This document shows positions 1 through 13,774 of a stretch of DNA of 64,000 bases, piece after piece. The DNA comes from Heterodontus francisci (Eukaryota): the NCBI RefSeq assembly GCF_036365525.1, contig NC_090378.1:117041593-117105592 (forward strand), given 5' to 3'. The notes under the pieces were generated by a model that did not search any database, had not been told where the DNA came from, and saw only the letters and a list, made by a program, of their open reading frames with translations. The translations under genes and the position numbers were made by a program. Within the stretch, counting starts at the first letter, position 1. Each line of letters begins with the position of its first letter.

Positions 1-1234
1 ACAATCCAGTCTGTGTACACAGGGACATCACACTTCGCAAACCAGACTCTGTACTCAGGTACATCACACTTCACAATCCATTCTGTGTGCTCAGATACAT
101 CACACTTCACAATCCAATCTGTGTACTCAGATACATCACACTTCACAATCCGGTCTGTGTCCTCAGGTACATCACACTTCACAATCCAGTCTGTGTACTC
201 AGGTACATCACACTTCACAATCCAGTCTGTGTACTCAGATACATCACACTTCACAATCCGGTCTGTGTCCTCAGGTACATCACACTTCACAATCCAGTCT
301 GTGTACTCAGGTACATCACACTTCAGAATCCAGTCTGTGTACTCAGGAACATCACACTTCACAATCCAGTCTGTGTACTCAGGTGCATCACACTTCACAA
401 TCCAGTCTGTGTACTCAGGTACATCACACTTCACAATCCAGTCTGTGTACTCAGGTACATCACACTTTACAATCCAGTCTGTGTACTCAGGAACATCACA
501 CTTCACAATCCGGTCTGTGTACTCAGGTACATCACACTTCACAATCCAGTCTGTGTACTCAGGAATATCACACTTCTCAATCCAGTCTGTGTACTCAGGA
601 ACATCACACTTCACAATCCAGTCTGTGTCCTCAGGTACATCACACTTCACAATCCAGTCTGTGTACTCAGGAACATCACACTTCTCAATCCAGTCTGTGT
701 ACTCAGGAACATCACACTTCTCAATCCAGTCGGTGTACTCAGGAACATCACACTTCTCAATCCGGTCTGTGTACTCAGGTACATCACACTTCTCAATCCA
801 GTCTATGTACTCAGGTACATCTCACTTCACAATCCAGTCTGTGTACTCAGGAACATCACACTTCAAAATCCAGTCTGTGTACTCAGTTACATCACACTTC
901 TCAATCCAGTCTGTGTACTCAGGTACATCACACTTCTCAATCCAGTCTGTGTACTCAGGTACATCTCACTTCACAATCCAGTCTGTGTACTCAGGAACAT
1001 CACACTTCAAAATCCGGTCTGTGTACTCAGGTACATCACACTTCTCAATCCAGTCTGTGTACTCAGGTACATCACACTTCTCAATCCAGTCTGTGTACTC
1101 AGGTACATCTCACTTCACAATCCAGTCTTTGTACTCAGGAACATCACACTTCACAATCCAGTCTGTGTACTCAGGTATATCACACTTCTCAATCCAGTCG
1201 GTGTACTCAGGAACATCACACTTCACAATCCAGT
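1..1234. repeat. 36-bp minisatellite (ACATCACACTTCACAATCCAGTCTGTGTACTCAGGT), ~34 copies, truncated by window edge
   Basis: Direct periodicity; ORF translations repeat every 12 aa in all three + frames. Confidence 0.97.
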
Positions 1235-1799
1235 ATGAATACAACATGCAGTGTTTCACTCACAAGTCATATCCTAATTCTACTTTATCTACATCTACAT
1301 TCCATTCATACTGCCACTGAATCAGAGCACATCAAAGATACATAAAAGTGATTTCAGAATAACCACATGGAGCCAGCAAAGGCTCTTTATTCCTCTCTAT
1401 CCCTTCAAATCATCCTGTTTCAATGGTTATATTGCCCTCTGAAGCTCCATGATTATATTGCTGTTACAAAGTCCTCTGATGATTTGAATAATATAAACAC
1501 AAGTGAGCACATTAACATTTCCAGAGTATCAGAGACATGGATGAGTGAATTGCAGTACAAGTAGAGGCCACCCCAATGTCTGAGTGCTCCAGTCGAAGCT
1601 CAGACTGAGGTATTGTAATCTGAGCTTGCTGCCACACAGGCTCAGACTGCTGCCATCATGGCTGTGGATGCCAGTGCTCAAAGGGGCTTGCAGGCTCACC
1701 CAGCAGCCCAGCACCAAGTGCAGCTTGATGGAGTACTGCTTCAACAGATACCTAACTCGGAGAATTGGGGATTGAGGGAATTCAGTGCAATGACTGAAG

Positions 1800-4700
1800 A
1801 GATTCTATTCTGATCTTTTGCAAAACACGGAGCAGTCTGAGTGATGAAGCGGGAGACAGCGAGACCTGGTGATCAGCTCTAAGTGTTTCTAGATACTAGT
1901 CTAGAAAGTAAAACATGGCAGGGAACCTCAGCCCCGTGGAATACACACCCTGTGTCATGTGGGAAATCCTGGACACTTCTCATGACCTGAATGACCACAT
2001 GTACAGGAAGTGTCACCGGTTCCAGCAGCTCGAGCTCTGGGTTTCGGAGTTTGAGCACTGACTGGAGTCACTATGCAGCATCCACGAGGCTGAGAGCTTT
2101 CTGGAGGTGGTCACCCTACAGTTTTAAAATGTGCTGGCAGAGGGGGGGATGGGTGAGGGCCAGAAGAACAAGGAGGACCAGGCATGCAGGACAGTGATCC
2201 CATGAGTGCGTCTCAATCTCTAACTGGTATTCAGTTCTGAATACTGGTCAGAGTGATGGTTCCACTGGGGTGTGCAGGCAGAGCCAAGTCCACAGCACCA
2301 TGGGTGTCTCAGCTGTACAGGGAGGGAGGAAGAAGAGTTGAAGAGCAATAGTGGGAGGGACTTCGATAGTGAGGAGAATAGACAGGTGATTCTGTGACTG
2401 CAGAGGTGTTACCATGATGGTATGTTGCCTCCCTGGTGCCAGGGACAAGGATATCACTGAGCGTCAGCAGGACATTCTGACAGGGGAGAGTGAACAGCCA
2501 GAGGTCGTGGTCCATATTGGCACCAATGACAGAGGCAGAAGGAGGGATGAGGTCCTGAGGCAGAATTTAGGCAGCTAGGAGGGAGATTGAAAAGCAGAAC
2601 CTCAAAAGTATTAATCTCTAGATTACTCCCAGTGCCACGTGTTAGTGAGTACAGAAATAGGAAGATAGAGCTGATGAATACATAGAGCTGGAGAGATTAT
2701 GCAGGAGGGAGGGCTTTAGATTCCTGAGGCTTTGGGACTGCTTCTGGAGGAGGTGGGACCTGGACAAGACGGACTGTTTGCAAATCAACAGGGCCGGGAC
2801 CAATATCCTCGCAGTGAGTTTTACTTGTGCTGTTGGGGAGAGTTTAAACTAGCTGAGCACAGGGATGGGAACCTGAGATTAGATTCAGAAGAGAGAGAAG
2901 TAAAGTTGGAAATGGAAGGCAGTAAATTAGTCAGCGTGTTTGGAAGGCAGAGAAAACGAAGGTTAGAAAATAAACAAGGGAGTTTGACAGAGCTAAATAA
3001 TATATACTTCAATACAAGTTGAGGAAATAAGGCAGATGAGCTGAGAGCACAGATTGACACATGGCAGTATGATATTATAGCTATTACTGAGACATGGCTG
3101 AAAGAAGGGCAGGAATGGCAGCTCAACATTCCTAGTTACAGGGTTTTCAGACGAGACAGAGATGGGGATATCTCAGGAGGGGGTGAGTTGCAATATTGAT
3201 TAAAGAAACAATTATAGCTGTGAGGAGAGAAGATATGGTAGAAGGATAAACAAATGTTGCCATATGGGTTGAACTGAAGAACAAAACAGGGGCAATCACA
3301 CTACTGGGAGTGTGCTATAGACCCTGAAACTGTTAGAAGGAGAGAGAAGAGCAAATATGTAGACAAATTTCAGAATTGCAAAAACAATTAAACAGTAATA
3401 GTGGGGGATTTCAACTGCCCCAATATTAACTGGGGTAGAGTTTATGTGAAAGACTCAGTGGTCACAGAATTCTTCAAATGCATTGAGGAGAACATTGTTA
3501 TCCAGTATGTATCAAGGCCAACAAGAGGGATTGTGAGACTGGACATAATTTTAGGGAATGAAGCTGGGCAGGTGGAAGGGGGATCGGACGGGGTGCACTT
3601 TGATGGAAGTGATCATAATTCAGTTAGATTTAGAATAGTTATGGAAAAGGACAAAGACAGACCAGGAATAAAAGATCTCAACTGGGGAAAAGCTAATTTT
3701 ACTAAGCTGAAATGTGATTTAGCAAAATGGGATTGGAAACAGTCACTTGAAAGTAAATCAGTGCTGGATCAGTGGGAGGCATTCAAGGAAGAGATAGTAA
3801 GGATTCAGAGCAAGTATGTTCCCTTAAAGAAAAAGGGTGGGACTAACAAATCCAGAGTCTTGTGGATGTCAAGGGGCTGAAAGGAGAGGATAAAGTAAAA
3901 CAGGAAGATTAATGACAGATACCAAGGCAGAAAATCGAGAGGAGTATAAAAAGTGTAGGGGTGAAATTAAAAAGGAAATTAGGAAAGCAAAGAGAGGGCA
4001 TGAAAAAAATTGGCAAGTCAAATAAAATCAAGAAAACTGAAGGTTGTTCTATAAATACGGAAAGGCACGATTATAATGAAAGAAAGAGTAGAGCCTATTT
4101 GGGTCCACCAGGGTAACCTGTGGATGAAGGAGGAGGATTCGCATTTATTTTCACTGAAGAGAGGGATGATACAGAAATTGCAATCAGGGAGGAGGAGTGT
4201 GCAATGTTAGATAAAACTAATATAATGAGATGAGATATTAAGGGATTTAACATGTTTGAAAGTGGTTAAATCACCAAGCCCAGATGAAATGCATCCTTGG
4301 CTGTTAAATGAAGCAAGAGAAGAAACAGCAGAGGCTCTGACCATCATTTTCCAATATTCTCTGTCTACAGGTGTGGTGCCAGAGGACTGGAGGACAGTTC
4401 ACATTGTCCCATTGTTTAAAACGGGAGAAAGGAATAGACCGAGTAATTACAGCCTACCTCCGGTGGTGGGAAAAATATTGGAAAAAGCTCTGAGGGACAG
4501 GATAAATCTTCATTTAGACAGACATGGATTAGTCACAGACAGTCAGCATGGATTTGTTGAGGGAAGGTTGTGTCTGACTACAGTGATTAAATTTTTTGAA
4601 GAGGAAACAAGGAGGGTCGATGAGGGTAGTGCATTTGATGTAGTCTATTTGGATTATACCTAGATTTATGATAAAGACCCAGATGGCAGACTGGTCATGA

Positions 4701-6282
4701 AAGTAAAAGCCCAGGGGACCAAGGCAAAGTGACAAGATGGATTCAAAATTGGCTCAGAGGCAGGAAACAAAGGATAATGGTCGATGGGTGTTTTTGTGAC
4801 TGGAAGACTTTCCAAATGGGTTCTGCAGGGTTCAGTACCAGGTCTCTTGCTTTTTGCAGGATATATCAATGATTTGGACTTCAATGTAAAGGCCTGTGAC
4901 CCGACCGGGACCCGACAGGACCCGACGACATGTGTTGGGTTCAGGTCGGGTTGGGCCCCTCTTCCAGGTCCAGTTTTCGGGCTCAGGTCGGGCCGGGTTC
5001 GGGTCCAGGTCCGGGTCAGGCCGGACACAGACGGTTATTGCTCTTCTGGTCAGTATTAAAATTAAATAAAACTTACCTGAGCTGGGAGTCCGGGACGTCA
5101 AGCAGGGAAACTGAGTGTGCGCAGTCAGTGAGTGACGTCTCCATGATGCCATCACACACATGCTGCAGCTTCCTGGACGTTCCGAGTCGGAAGGTAAGGA
5201 AAGGGATGGTCGATTCGGGCTCGGGTCGGGTCGGGCTTGGGGCAAAATCGGAGGGACTCGGGCCAGGTCGGGCTCGGGTCCACTGTGGTTCGGTCTGGTT
5301 TGAGTTGGGTTCTTTTTCCCCGACCTGAGCAGGCCTTTACTTCAATGTAACGGGTATGAATAAGAAATTTGCAGACGATACAAACATTGTCCGTGTGGTT
5401 GTTAATAAATAAGAAAGCTGTAGACTGCAGGAAAATATCAATGGACTAGTCAGGTGGGCAGAGCAGTGGCAAATGCAGTTCAATCCGGAGAAGTGTGAGG
5501 TAATGCATTTGGGGAAGGCTGACAAGGCAAAGGAATACACAATAAATTGTAGGTTACTGAGAAATGTAGAGGAACAGAGGGACCTTGGAATGCACGTTCA
5601 CAGATCCCTGAAAGTGGCTGGACAGGTAGATATGGTGGTCAAGAAGGCACATGGGATACTTGTCTTCATTAACTGAGACATGAAATATAAGAACTGGGAG
5701 GTTATACTGGAACTGTATAAAACACTAGTTAGTCCACAGCTGGAGTACTGTGTGCAGTTCTGATCACCGCACACCGCAGGAAAGATGGGATTGCACTGGA
5801 GAGGATACAAAGGAGATTTACAAGGATGTTGCTGGGACCGGAGAATTTTAGTTATGAGGAAAGATATGATCGGCTGGGGTTGTTTTCTTTGGAACAGAGA
5901 GGGCTGAGGAGAGACCTAAGTGAAGTTTATAAAATTATGAGGGGTCTCGACAGAGTGGATAGGAAGGATCTATTCCCCTTGGCTGAAGGGTCCATAACCA
6001 GAGGCATAGAGTTAGGGTAAGATGTAGGAGGTTTAGAGGGGATTCAGGGGGACATTTTAACCCAGAGGGTGGTGGGGATCTGGAACTCACTACCTGAAAG
6101 GATGGTAGAGGCAGAAACCCTCGTAACATTTAAAAAGTTCTTGGATATGGACTTGAAGTGATAAAGACTATGGACCAAGAGCTGGAAAGTGGGATTAGGC
6201 TGGATGGCTCCTTGTTAGATAGTGTGGACACAATGGGCTGAATGGCCTCCTTCTGTGCTGTAAATTATATGATTTCTGTAAC
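1800..6282 (+). mobile_element. Near full-length decayed CR1-clade LINE (ORF1 zinc finger + SGNH esterase, ORF2 APE endonuclease + RT, 3' end)
   Basis: ORF1-like motifs (CCLPGAR, EQPEVVVHIGTND ~2420-2530), endonuclease GDFNCPNINW/SDHN (3401-3880), RT-region SPSPDEMHP, PEDWR, QHGF, KFADDT; many stops and frameshifts; 5' boundary approximate. Confidence 0.9.
4887..5339. mobile_element. Non-autonomous hAT-type DNA transposon (MITE), 453 bp, inserted in the CR1 RT
   Basis: TIR TAAAGGCCTG...CAGGCCTTTA; perfect 8-bp TSD CTTCAATG (4879-4886 and 5340-5347); subterminal CCCGA/TCGGG repeats. Confidence 0.9.
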
Positions 6283-6639
6283 TCTGTGCTCCAGCAGATT
6301 ACTAGGATTGTGGAGGTGTCACCCGGGGCAGTGACAGTGGCTCCGTGGAGCACAAACCTGCTGTCCTCTCTCAGGATGAAAGTGTTTATATTCCCACCAC
6401 TGTCACTCTCCAGTACCCCTGCTGTTGCCTGTTAGTCAGCCAGCTAAATACTGCCACCCATGCTGAGGTGCTGCAGTCTGAAGCCAGGCCTCCTCGGCCT
6501 AGAGCAGCTTGAGTACTTCCTGCAAGGCTATCTGCAGTCTCCCCCAGTGAAAGTCAGTAACCTTCCACCAGCCATGCTGTATCCACTGGGGTAGCACTGT
6601 GTAGGAGCACTAGAACAGGCAAAGGACCCACAAGACAGG

Positions 6640-6895
6640 TCTAATGCAGGTGGGAGGTATACAGTAAATGGCAGAACCCTTATTACTATTGACAGGCAGA
6701 GAGATCTGGGCGTACAGGTCCACAGGTCACTGAAAGTGGCAACGCAGGTGGATAAGGTAGTCAAGAAGACATACGGCATGCTTGCCTTCATCGGTCGGGG
6801 CATAGAGTATAAAAATTGGCAAGTCATGCTGCAGCTGCACAGAACCTTAGTGAGGCCACACTTAGAATATTGTGTGCAATTCTGGTCGCCACTCA
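6640..6895 (+). mobile_element. CR1 RT C-terminal fragment
   Basis: Encodes RDLGVQVHRSLKVATQV...RPHLEYCVQFWSP-type sequence. Confidence 0.8.
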
Positions 6896-7139
6896 ACAGC
6901 GTAGATATCTGACTAGAGACTGCATCAGTGTTGATAAAGTGGCTTATCCAGCTATTTACACAGAATTACAACAGTCTTTAGTGACCTTAATGTGTTGTCA
7001 TCACCTCACCGAAAGTGAGTAGTACTTTTATACCCCTTAACCTTGCATCGATTCTCACTACTTAGTGAAATCAAGGTAACATTTTAACAAATCTATTCTA
7101 CATCCTGTCAAAGAGCAAATATTATCTAGCACAGCACAA

Positions 7140-8662
7140 GGAAGGGAAAACCTGAGTAATTACAGGCCAGTCAGCCTAACTGCAGTGGTGGGAAAATTAT
7201 TGGAAACATTCTGATAGACCATATAAATCATCATTTAGAGAGGCACAGATTGATCCAGGACAGTGATCTTGGATTTGTTAAGGGAAGGTCATGTCTGATT
7301 AAGTTGATTGAATTTTTTGAGGAGGTTACAAGGAGCGTCAATGAGGGCAGCATGTTTGATGCAGTCTATATGGAGTTTAGCAAGGCTTTTGATAAGGTTC
7401 CACATGGCAGACTGTTCAGAAAATTAAAAGCCCATGGGATCCAAGGGAAAGTGGGAAATTGGATCAGTGACAGGAAGCAAAGGATTCTGGTTGGCAGGTG
7501 TTTTAGTGACTGGAAGTTTCTTTCCAGTGGGTTCCACAGGTCTCAGTACTGGGTCCCTCACTATTTGTGTATATATCAGTGATTTAAACTTCAATGTAGG
7601 GGCATGATTAAAAAGATTGCAGATGATGCAAAGATTGTCCGTGTGGTGGATAGTGAGGAAGAAAGCTGTAGACTGCAGGAAGATATCAATGGACTGGTCA
7701 GGTGAGCAGAAAAATGGCAAATGGAACTTAATCCAGAGAAATGAGAGGGAATGAATTTGGGCAGGACAAACCAGGCAAATGAATATACAATAAATGGTGG
7801 ATTCTGAGAAGTGTAGAGGAATAGAGGGAACTTGGAGTTTATCTGCACAGCTCCCTGAAAGTAGCAGGACAGGTAGAAAAGGTGGTCAAAAAGGCATATG
7901 GAATACTTTCCATTATTAGCTGAGGCCTGGACTATAAGAGCAAGGCGGTTATTCTAGAACTGTATAAAACACTAGTTAGAACCATAGAAAGGTTACGGCA
8001 CAGAAAGAGGCCATTCAGCCCATCGTGGCTGCGCTGGCTGAACAAACAAGCTGCCCATTCTAATCCCACCTTCCGGCACCTGGTCCATAACCTGGCAGGT
8101 TACAGCACTTCAGGTGCAGGTCCAGGTACCTTTTAAATGAGTTGAGGGTTTCTGCCTTCACCACCGATCCAGGCAGTGAATTCCAGATACCCACCACCCT
8201 CTGGGTGAAAATGTGTTTCCTCATGTCCTCTCTAATCCTTCCAGCAATCACCTTAAATCAGTGGATCGTCAGACCACAGCTAGAGTACTGTGTACAGTTC
8301 TGGTCACCACATTACAGGAAGAATGTGATCACACAGGAGAGGGTACAGAGGAGATTTACAAGGATGTTACCAGGAATGGAGAATTTCAGCTATGAGGAAA
8401 GATTGGATTGGCTGGGGTTGTTATCTTTGAAACAGAGGAGGCTGAGGGGAGGTTTAATTGAGGTGTATAAAATTATGAGGGGCCTAGATAGAGTGAATAG
8501 GAAGGACCTATTTCCCTCAGCAGAGAGGTCAATAACCAGGAGGCATAGACTTAAAGTAATTGGTGGAAGGATTAGAGGTGAGTTGAGGAGTAATTCTTTC
8601 AGCCAGAGGGTGGTGGGGGTCTGGAACTCACTGCCTGAAAGGGTGGTAGAGGCAGAAACATT
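7140..8662 (+). mobile_element. Decayed CR1 RT fragment, interrupted by an antisense LINE 3' fragment (~7981-8265)
   Basis: ORFs 7250-7582 (GFVKGRSCL, FSKAFDKVPH) and 8142-8672 (LEYCVQFWSP, RRLRG). Confidence 0.85.
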
Positions 8663-8746
8663 TCAGTGCTGAAATGGTTAATAGTAAGAGTAATTAAAGA
8701 GACCGTGTCCCTTTAAGACACAGTTAACCTGGCAGAAACTCTAACT

Positions 8747-9822
8747 ATAGAACATAGAACATAGAACATAGAACATAGAACATTACAGCGCAGTACGGGC
8801 CCTTCAGCCCTCGATGTTGCGCCGACCTGTGAAACCATCTGACCTACACTATTCCATTTTCATCCATATGTCTATCCAATGACCTCTTAAATGCCCTTAA
8901 AGTTGGCGAGTCTACTGCTGTTGCAGGCAGGGCGTTCCACGCCCCTACTACTCTCTGTGTAAAGAAACTACCTCTGACATCTGTCCTAAATCTATCACCC
9001 CTCAACTTAAAGCTATGTCCCCTCGTGTTTGCCATCACCATCCGAGGAAAAAGGCTCTCACTATCCACCCTGTCCAATCCTCTGATTATCTTATATGTCT
9101 CTATTAAGTCACCTCTTCTCCTCCTTCTCTCTAACGAAAACAACCTCAAGTCCCTCAGCCTTTCCTCCTAAGACCTTCCCTCCATACCAGGCAACATCCT
9201 AGTAAATCTCCTCTGCACCTTTTCCAAAGCTTCCACATCCTTCCTATAATGCGGTGACCAGAACTGCACGCAATACTCCAGGTGCGGCCGCACCAGAGTT
9301 CTGTTCAGCTGCATCATGACCTCGTGGCTCCGAAACTCGATCCCCCTACTAATAAAAGCTAACACACCATATGCCTTCTCAACAGCTCTATTAACCTGGG
9401 TGGCAACTTTCAGGGATTTATGTACCTGGACACCAAGATCTCTCTGCTCATCTACACTACCAAGAATCTTCCCATTAGCCCAGTATTCTGCATTCCTGTT
9501 ACTCCTTCCAAAGTGAATCACCTCACACTTCTCCGCATTAAACTCCATTTGCCATCTCTCAGCCCAGCTCTGCAGCCTATCTATGTCCCTCTGTACCCTA
9601 CAACATCCTTCGGCACTATCCACAACTCCACCGACCTTCGTGTCATCCGCAAATTTACTAACCCACCCTTCTACACCCTCATCCAGGTCATTTATAAAAA
9701 TGACAAACAGCAGTGGCCCCAAAACAGATCCTTGCGGTACACCACTAGAAACTATACTCCAGGATGAACATTTACCATCAACCACCACCCTCTGTCTTCT
9801 TTCAGCTCGCCAATTTCTGATC
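8747..9822 (-). mobile_element. Young 5'-truncated CR1 LINE with (GTTCTAT)n 3' tail
   Basis: ORFs 9168-9788 (SGVPQGSVLGP, KFADDTK) and 8844-9149; ~5 ATAGAAC repeats at 8747-8783. Confidence 0.92.
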
Positions 9823-9859
9823 TATAAATCAGTCTATCTGGATCCCTCCTCTATCTTAG

Positions 9860-10775
9860 ACTCTAAAATACTGGTGGCTGTAAGTGTAAGATTGAGTGAC
9901 GGTGTCTCTTTATCTTCCTTATTTTCTGCCTCTTCCTCCCTGACTGGGAAGCTCCCAGTTTTCGGGTACCTGAAATGAATATGGAAAAGGATTGGGATGT
10001 GGTGAGGGGAGAGGAGAAAGTAAGAAGTACATGTTTACACCGTCTGCAGCTTGAGAGTCTGAAGAGATTGTGTGATGAGAGAAGGAGGATTAGGTATCCA
10101 GACAACCTTATCATCGATCTCTCCAGCCCCACCAGTGTCCATAGCCTCAGCGATGCCCCTTCCCATATTGACCAGCACTGTCTCCTCCGTGAGGGTTAAA
10201 ATCTGCAGACCTGCTTGTCCGCCTCCAGTTCCTTCTTTTTGCCTCTATTATGAACCACCTTCTCCTATAAGAAAGAGAGAAGTGTGAGAGTGAGTGTCCT
10301 GTAATATGTTTGATGTGGCTGTCATGGTTGAATAGCTGTGTGCTAGCTGTGAGTTGTTGGTGCAAGGTTGGCAGTAATGCTAAGTGTGTGAGGGTGAGGT
10401 AAATCCTATGAATTGAAGGGTTGAATACTGATTTATAGAGTTTGTTGGTGGCTGGGTGATGTGGGTTTGGTGAATTGAGCAATGGATGAGGTTAGTGATG
10501 CAGTTGGTAGGATCTGCCATTTGAAGATGCACTCAGTCACCTTGACAACTCGTGTCAGATCATTAAACTTCTTCCTGCATCCTTGTTCTTGGAGCAACAC
10601 TCCTGACATTGAGCTCTGCTATTACTTCTTCACACTGTCTCTTGAACATCTATCTGGAGGAGTTCCTGCCTCTCTGTGGATACTGGATGTCTCTCCTTCT
10701 TTCCACTTCTTCCACCAAGACCTGTAACACATCATCAGAAAAGCTTGGTGCACGCTCTCTCACACGTTCAGCCAT
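9860..10775 (-). pseudogene. Spliced Myb/SANT-like DNA-binding gene of a PIF/Harbinger transposon (decayed)
   Basis: Manual translation from ATG at 10775: MAERVRERAPSFSDDVLQVLVEEVERRRD...ELNVRSVAPRT..CRKKFNDLTRVVK, GT donor at 10540, phase-0 acceptor at 10265, then EKVVHNR..TGGGQAGLQILTLTEETVL; one stop plus frameshifts; 3' extent approximate. Confidence 0.75.
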
Positions 10776-12309
10776 TCCTCAAAGTATCACAGTGCCATTC
10801 CACCTCCACTTTTCCTCCTGTGGTGAGTTCCTCATTTCTACTGGATTGTCTGGTGGCCCAAAGTGCAGATCAGACCTCAGAAAGAGAAACCTGTTGCTGT
10901 CCACAACTCACCAGCCCAATGGAAATGAGACCAGTGACCCAGTGTTGGTGGTGCCGTGGACTTCACCATTCAGGTACTGGGATCATTGTTCACATTCCCA
11001 AAAATAGGTGCACCTGAATTCCTAGGCCCAGGTTTATCACTGTAGCTATTCTGACAGAGGGCAGGAAAGCATGTTTCTAGTCTCTGTTTGAAGCCAATGT
11101 TTTGAAACATCACACACATTAAGATCTTCCTCAGAGAACTGGTTCATCACAGCAGTCTTTGTGAAGATAATGAATCACTTTTAAAAGGATTTCCTGATGT
11201 TCTGAAATAATGGTTATATTTCACTTTAAATTTCTGTACCCAGTGCCACACTCGGACAGATTTCCTCAGCATATTGAGGTCTCGGTAAATTGCTGAGAAA
11301 AATCTCATTGTAGGTGTCACTGATCCTGTCTCTGAAACAAAGAGTGTGAACACTTCAGTTTCAACAAGTCACTAATCCTCAATATCCAGTTCTTTCATTT
11401 ACGATGACAGACATTGCCCCTTTCCTCTATATATTACAAGATATTAATGGAAGAGGAAGTCCATTCGGCCCACCTTAGCTCCTCCATTGATGATGACCCT
11501 AAAGTCTCCCCAATGCAGCATCCAGCTGGTTCTTCCATGACTTTCATTTCCATTACTTTATCTGGGAATCCATTCCATGATTAGTCATTCTGATGTGAAG
11601 AAAGACTCCTTGATATTAGTCCTGAAGCTGCCTTTTACTAGTTTGAATGTGTGGCCTCCAGCTCTTGTCATAATTTAATTGGAAGTAATTGTTGGGATTT
11701 ACTTTTTCCAGAATAAATACCAAGGACATATTTCTGTTACCTGATGATTCAATATCCAACATCAGACCAAGAATATTCTTTAGACACAGGTGAATGTGAG
11801 TGTGACCCAATTTTTATTCTGTAAAATTGCTGTCTGTGTCCGCCCAGTGTTTAGTGACCCAGTGTTTCCTGTCAATGGCACCATGGTCTGGGAAAGGGAG
11901 CAGATTTGGACAGTCGGGAATAATGTCGTATTCCCACCCTGAGCAAAATTTAGCCCCCCTGCTGCAACCACGGTTAAGCACCTATTCCCCACCCCCCACA
12001 TGTGGAGGAGAGCGGGGGAGGGTGGGGACTTGTCCGTCTCCCTCTTATCGATACTCCTCAGGAGCAGCTGGTGGAAATTGGAAGTCGCTCCAAGGTTACG
12101 GCTGTAATGACCCTAATGTGCTGCACTTTGAACTGGCAGCGAAACTCAACTTTCATCTGTAGCTGAAGATGCTGCTTCTGCCTCAATTTGTGAAGTTGTG
12201 TTTTGTGTTTATTATCTCGGGAAGTAAACACAGAAGCAGAAACCCAGCAAAGAACAAAGCCCCAGATATGAGCCTCCAAATGAGCACTTAACTGTTACTC
12301 TGCTATGTA

Positions 12310-12700
12310 GAATATAGGGACAGGGGTAGGCCATTCAGCCCCTTCAAGACTGTTCCATCATTCAGTTCAATCATGGCTGATCTGTACTCCATTTACCTGC
12401 CTTTGATCCATATTCCTTGTTACCCTTATCTAACAAAAATCAGTCAATCTCTGCCTTTAAAATGTCAATTGACCAACATCTCCAATGTTTTAGAGGAGAG
12501 AATTCCAATTTCCACCACCCTTTGTGTGAAGAAGTACTTCCTGATTTCGAATCTTCTAATTTTAGGATTATGTCACCTTGTTGTGGATTCCCGAACTTGA
12601 TAAAATAACTTCTCTACATCAAACCTATCAAATCCTTTTATTACTTTAAGCACCTTAATTAAATCATCTGTTCAACTTTCTAAACTCAGAGGAATACAAG
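12310..12700 (-). mobile_element. CR1 3' fragment
   Basis: Antisense CR1 3' UTR and terminal ORF2 similarity to other copies in the window. Confidence 0.7.
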
Positions 12701-13774
12701 ACAATATTTGGTAACTTCACAAATGCATTTTAACAGGAGTTTGTGAGTTTTATATAAAAACTTGAATTAAATTAAAGTGTCAGTTTCCAATCACTGTACA
12801 TGTTACTCACTAGAAAGTCTGTATGTAGGGATGTCAGATTATTACAGAATCAGGTTTCCTGTGATGCCCCCATGATTGAATAGCCTGTTGCCACCCACTG
12901 TCAACCTGTTTCACCGAGGAGCAATTGAGGTGATTAATTTGATGCTATTGTTAATTTGATTTGTGAAGAATTATTTCCACAGAACACACACACATTCTCG
13001 GAGTGAAAATTAGTTCCAATTAAACCATTGATCCAGGATGGTACATTTTGTACAACCATATCAGTTTGAGATAATGAGGTCTGTTAACATATTCCAAAGA
13101 GGAAATTGATCCCTCGAGGATAGCAATCCAGGGGTGAAAATGGGAAGATGAATTACTATTCTCTAATTTTGTTTGATTATGTTTGGCAATCAAAGTGTAT
13201 TTACACAGAAACTTCTCTTCTGAGATTCGGTGGGAATATAATCGAGAACAGGGAAGATTTGTACCTTGTCAGTGAAAGGAGCAGGCTTGATGAGCAGAAT
13301 GGCCTTTTCTTGTTATATGCTTTCCTAAATCCTTGTGTGTATCTCCCACATCCAACATTCCAGAGCAACAGACCAAGAGACACCTCAAAGCAAATGTCTG
13401 CTCAGGGCCCTGGTGGATTATAAACTCCTGTCGACCATACTTGAGTCTGACTAATGGTTCAGTGTATTCTGTGTATGTGACAGTGATGACAGTCAATAGA
13501 GGGCACCCTTTACTAAGTAGTTAAACTATCCTGGGCCTAATGCAGTTCACTGCTTTGCTGCTTTATAAACAGTAACATTCTTTGTACAGCTTGCTGGGCA
13601 TTCGTGCTTGAAGTGAAATTGTGTTTCGAGAAAATAATTTCCGAGCTGGTTCCTGTGATGTTGATTATTACTGATTTCACTGAGAAACAAAGTTAGTGCA
13701 TCATTTAATAGGATAGGGATGTGGTTCGGGTCTGTCTGAATGTGCTGTGTGGGCAGATTCTGTCATTTGTGATC

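Noticed and set aside
13-1345. Long ORFs (435/383/320 aa) in all three + frames
   Set aside because: Stop-free 36-bp tandem repeat; no splice, domain or codon evidence for a gene
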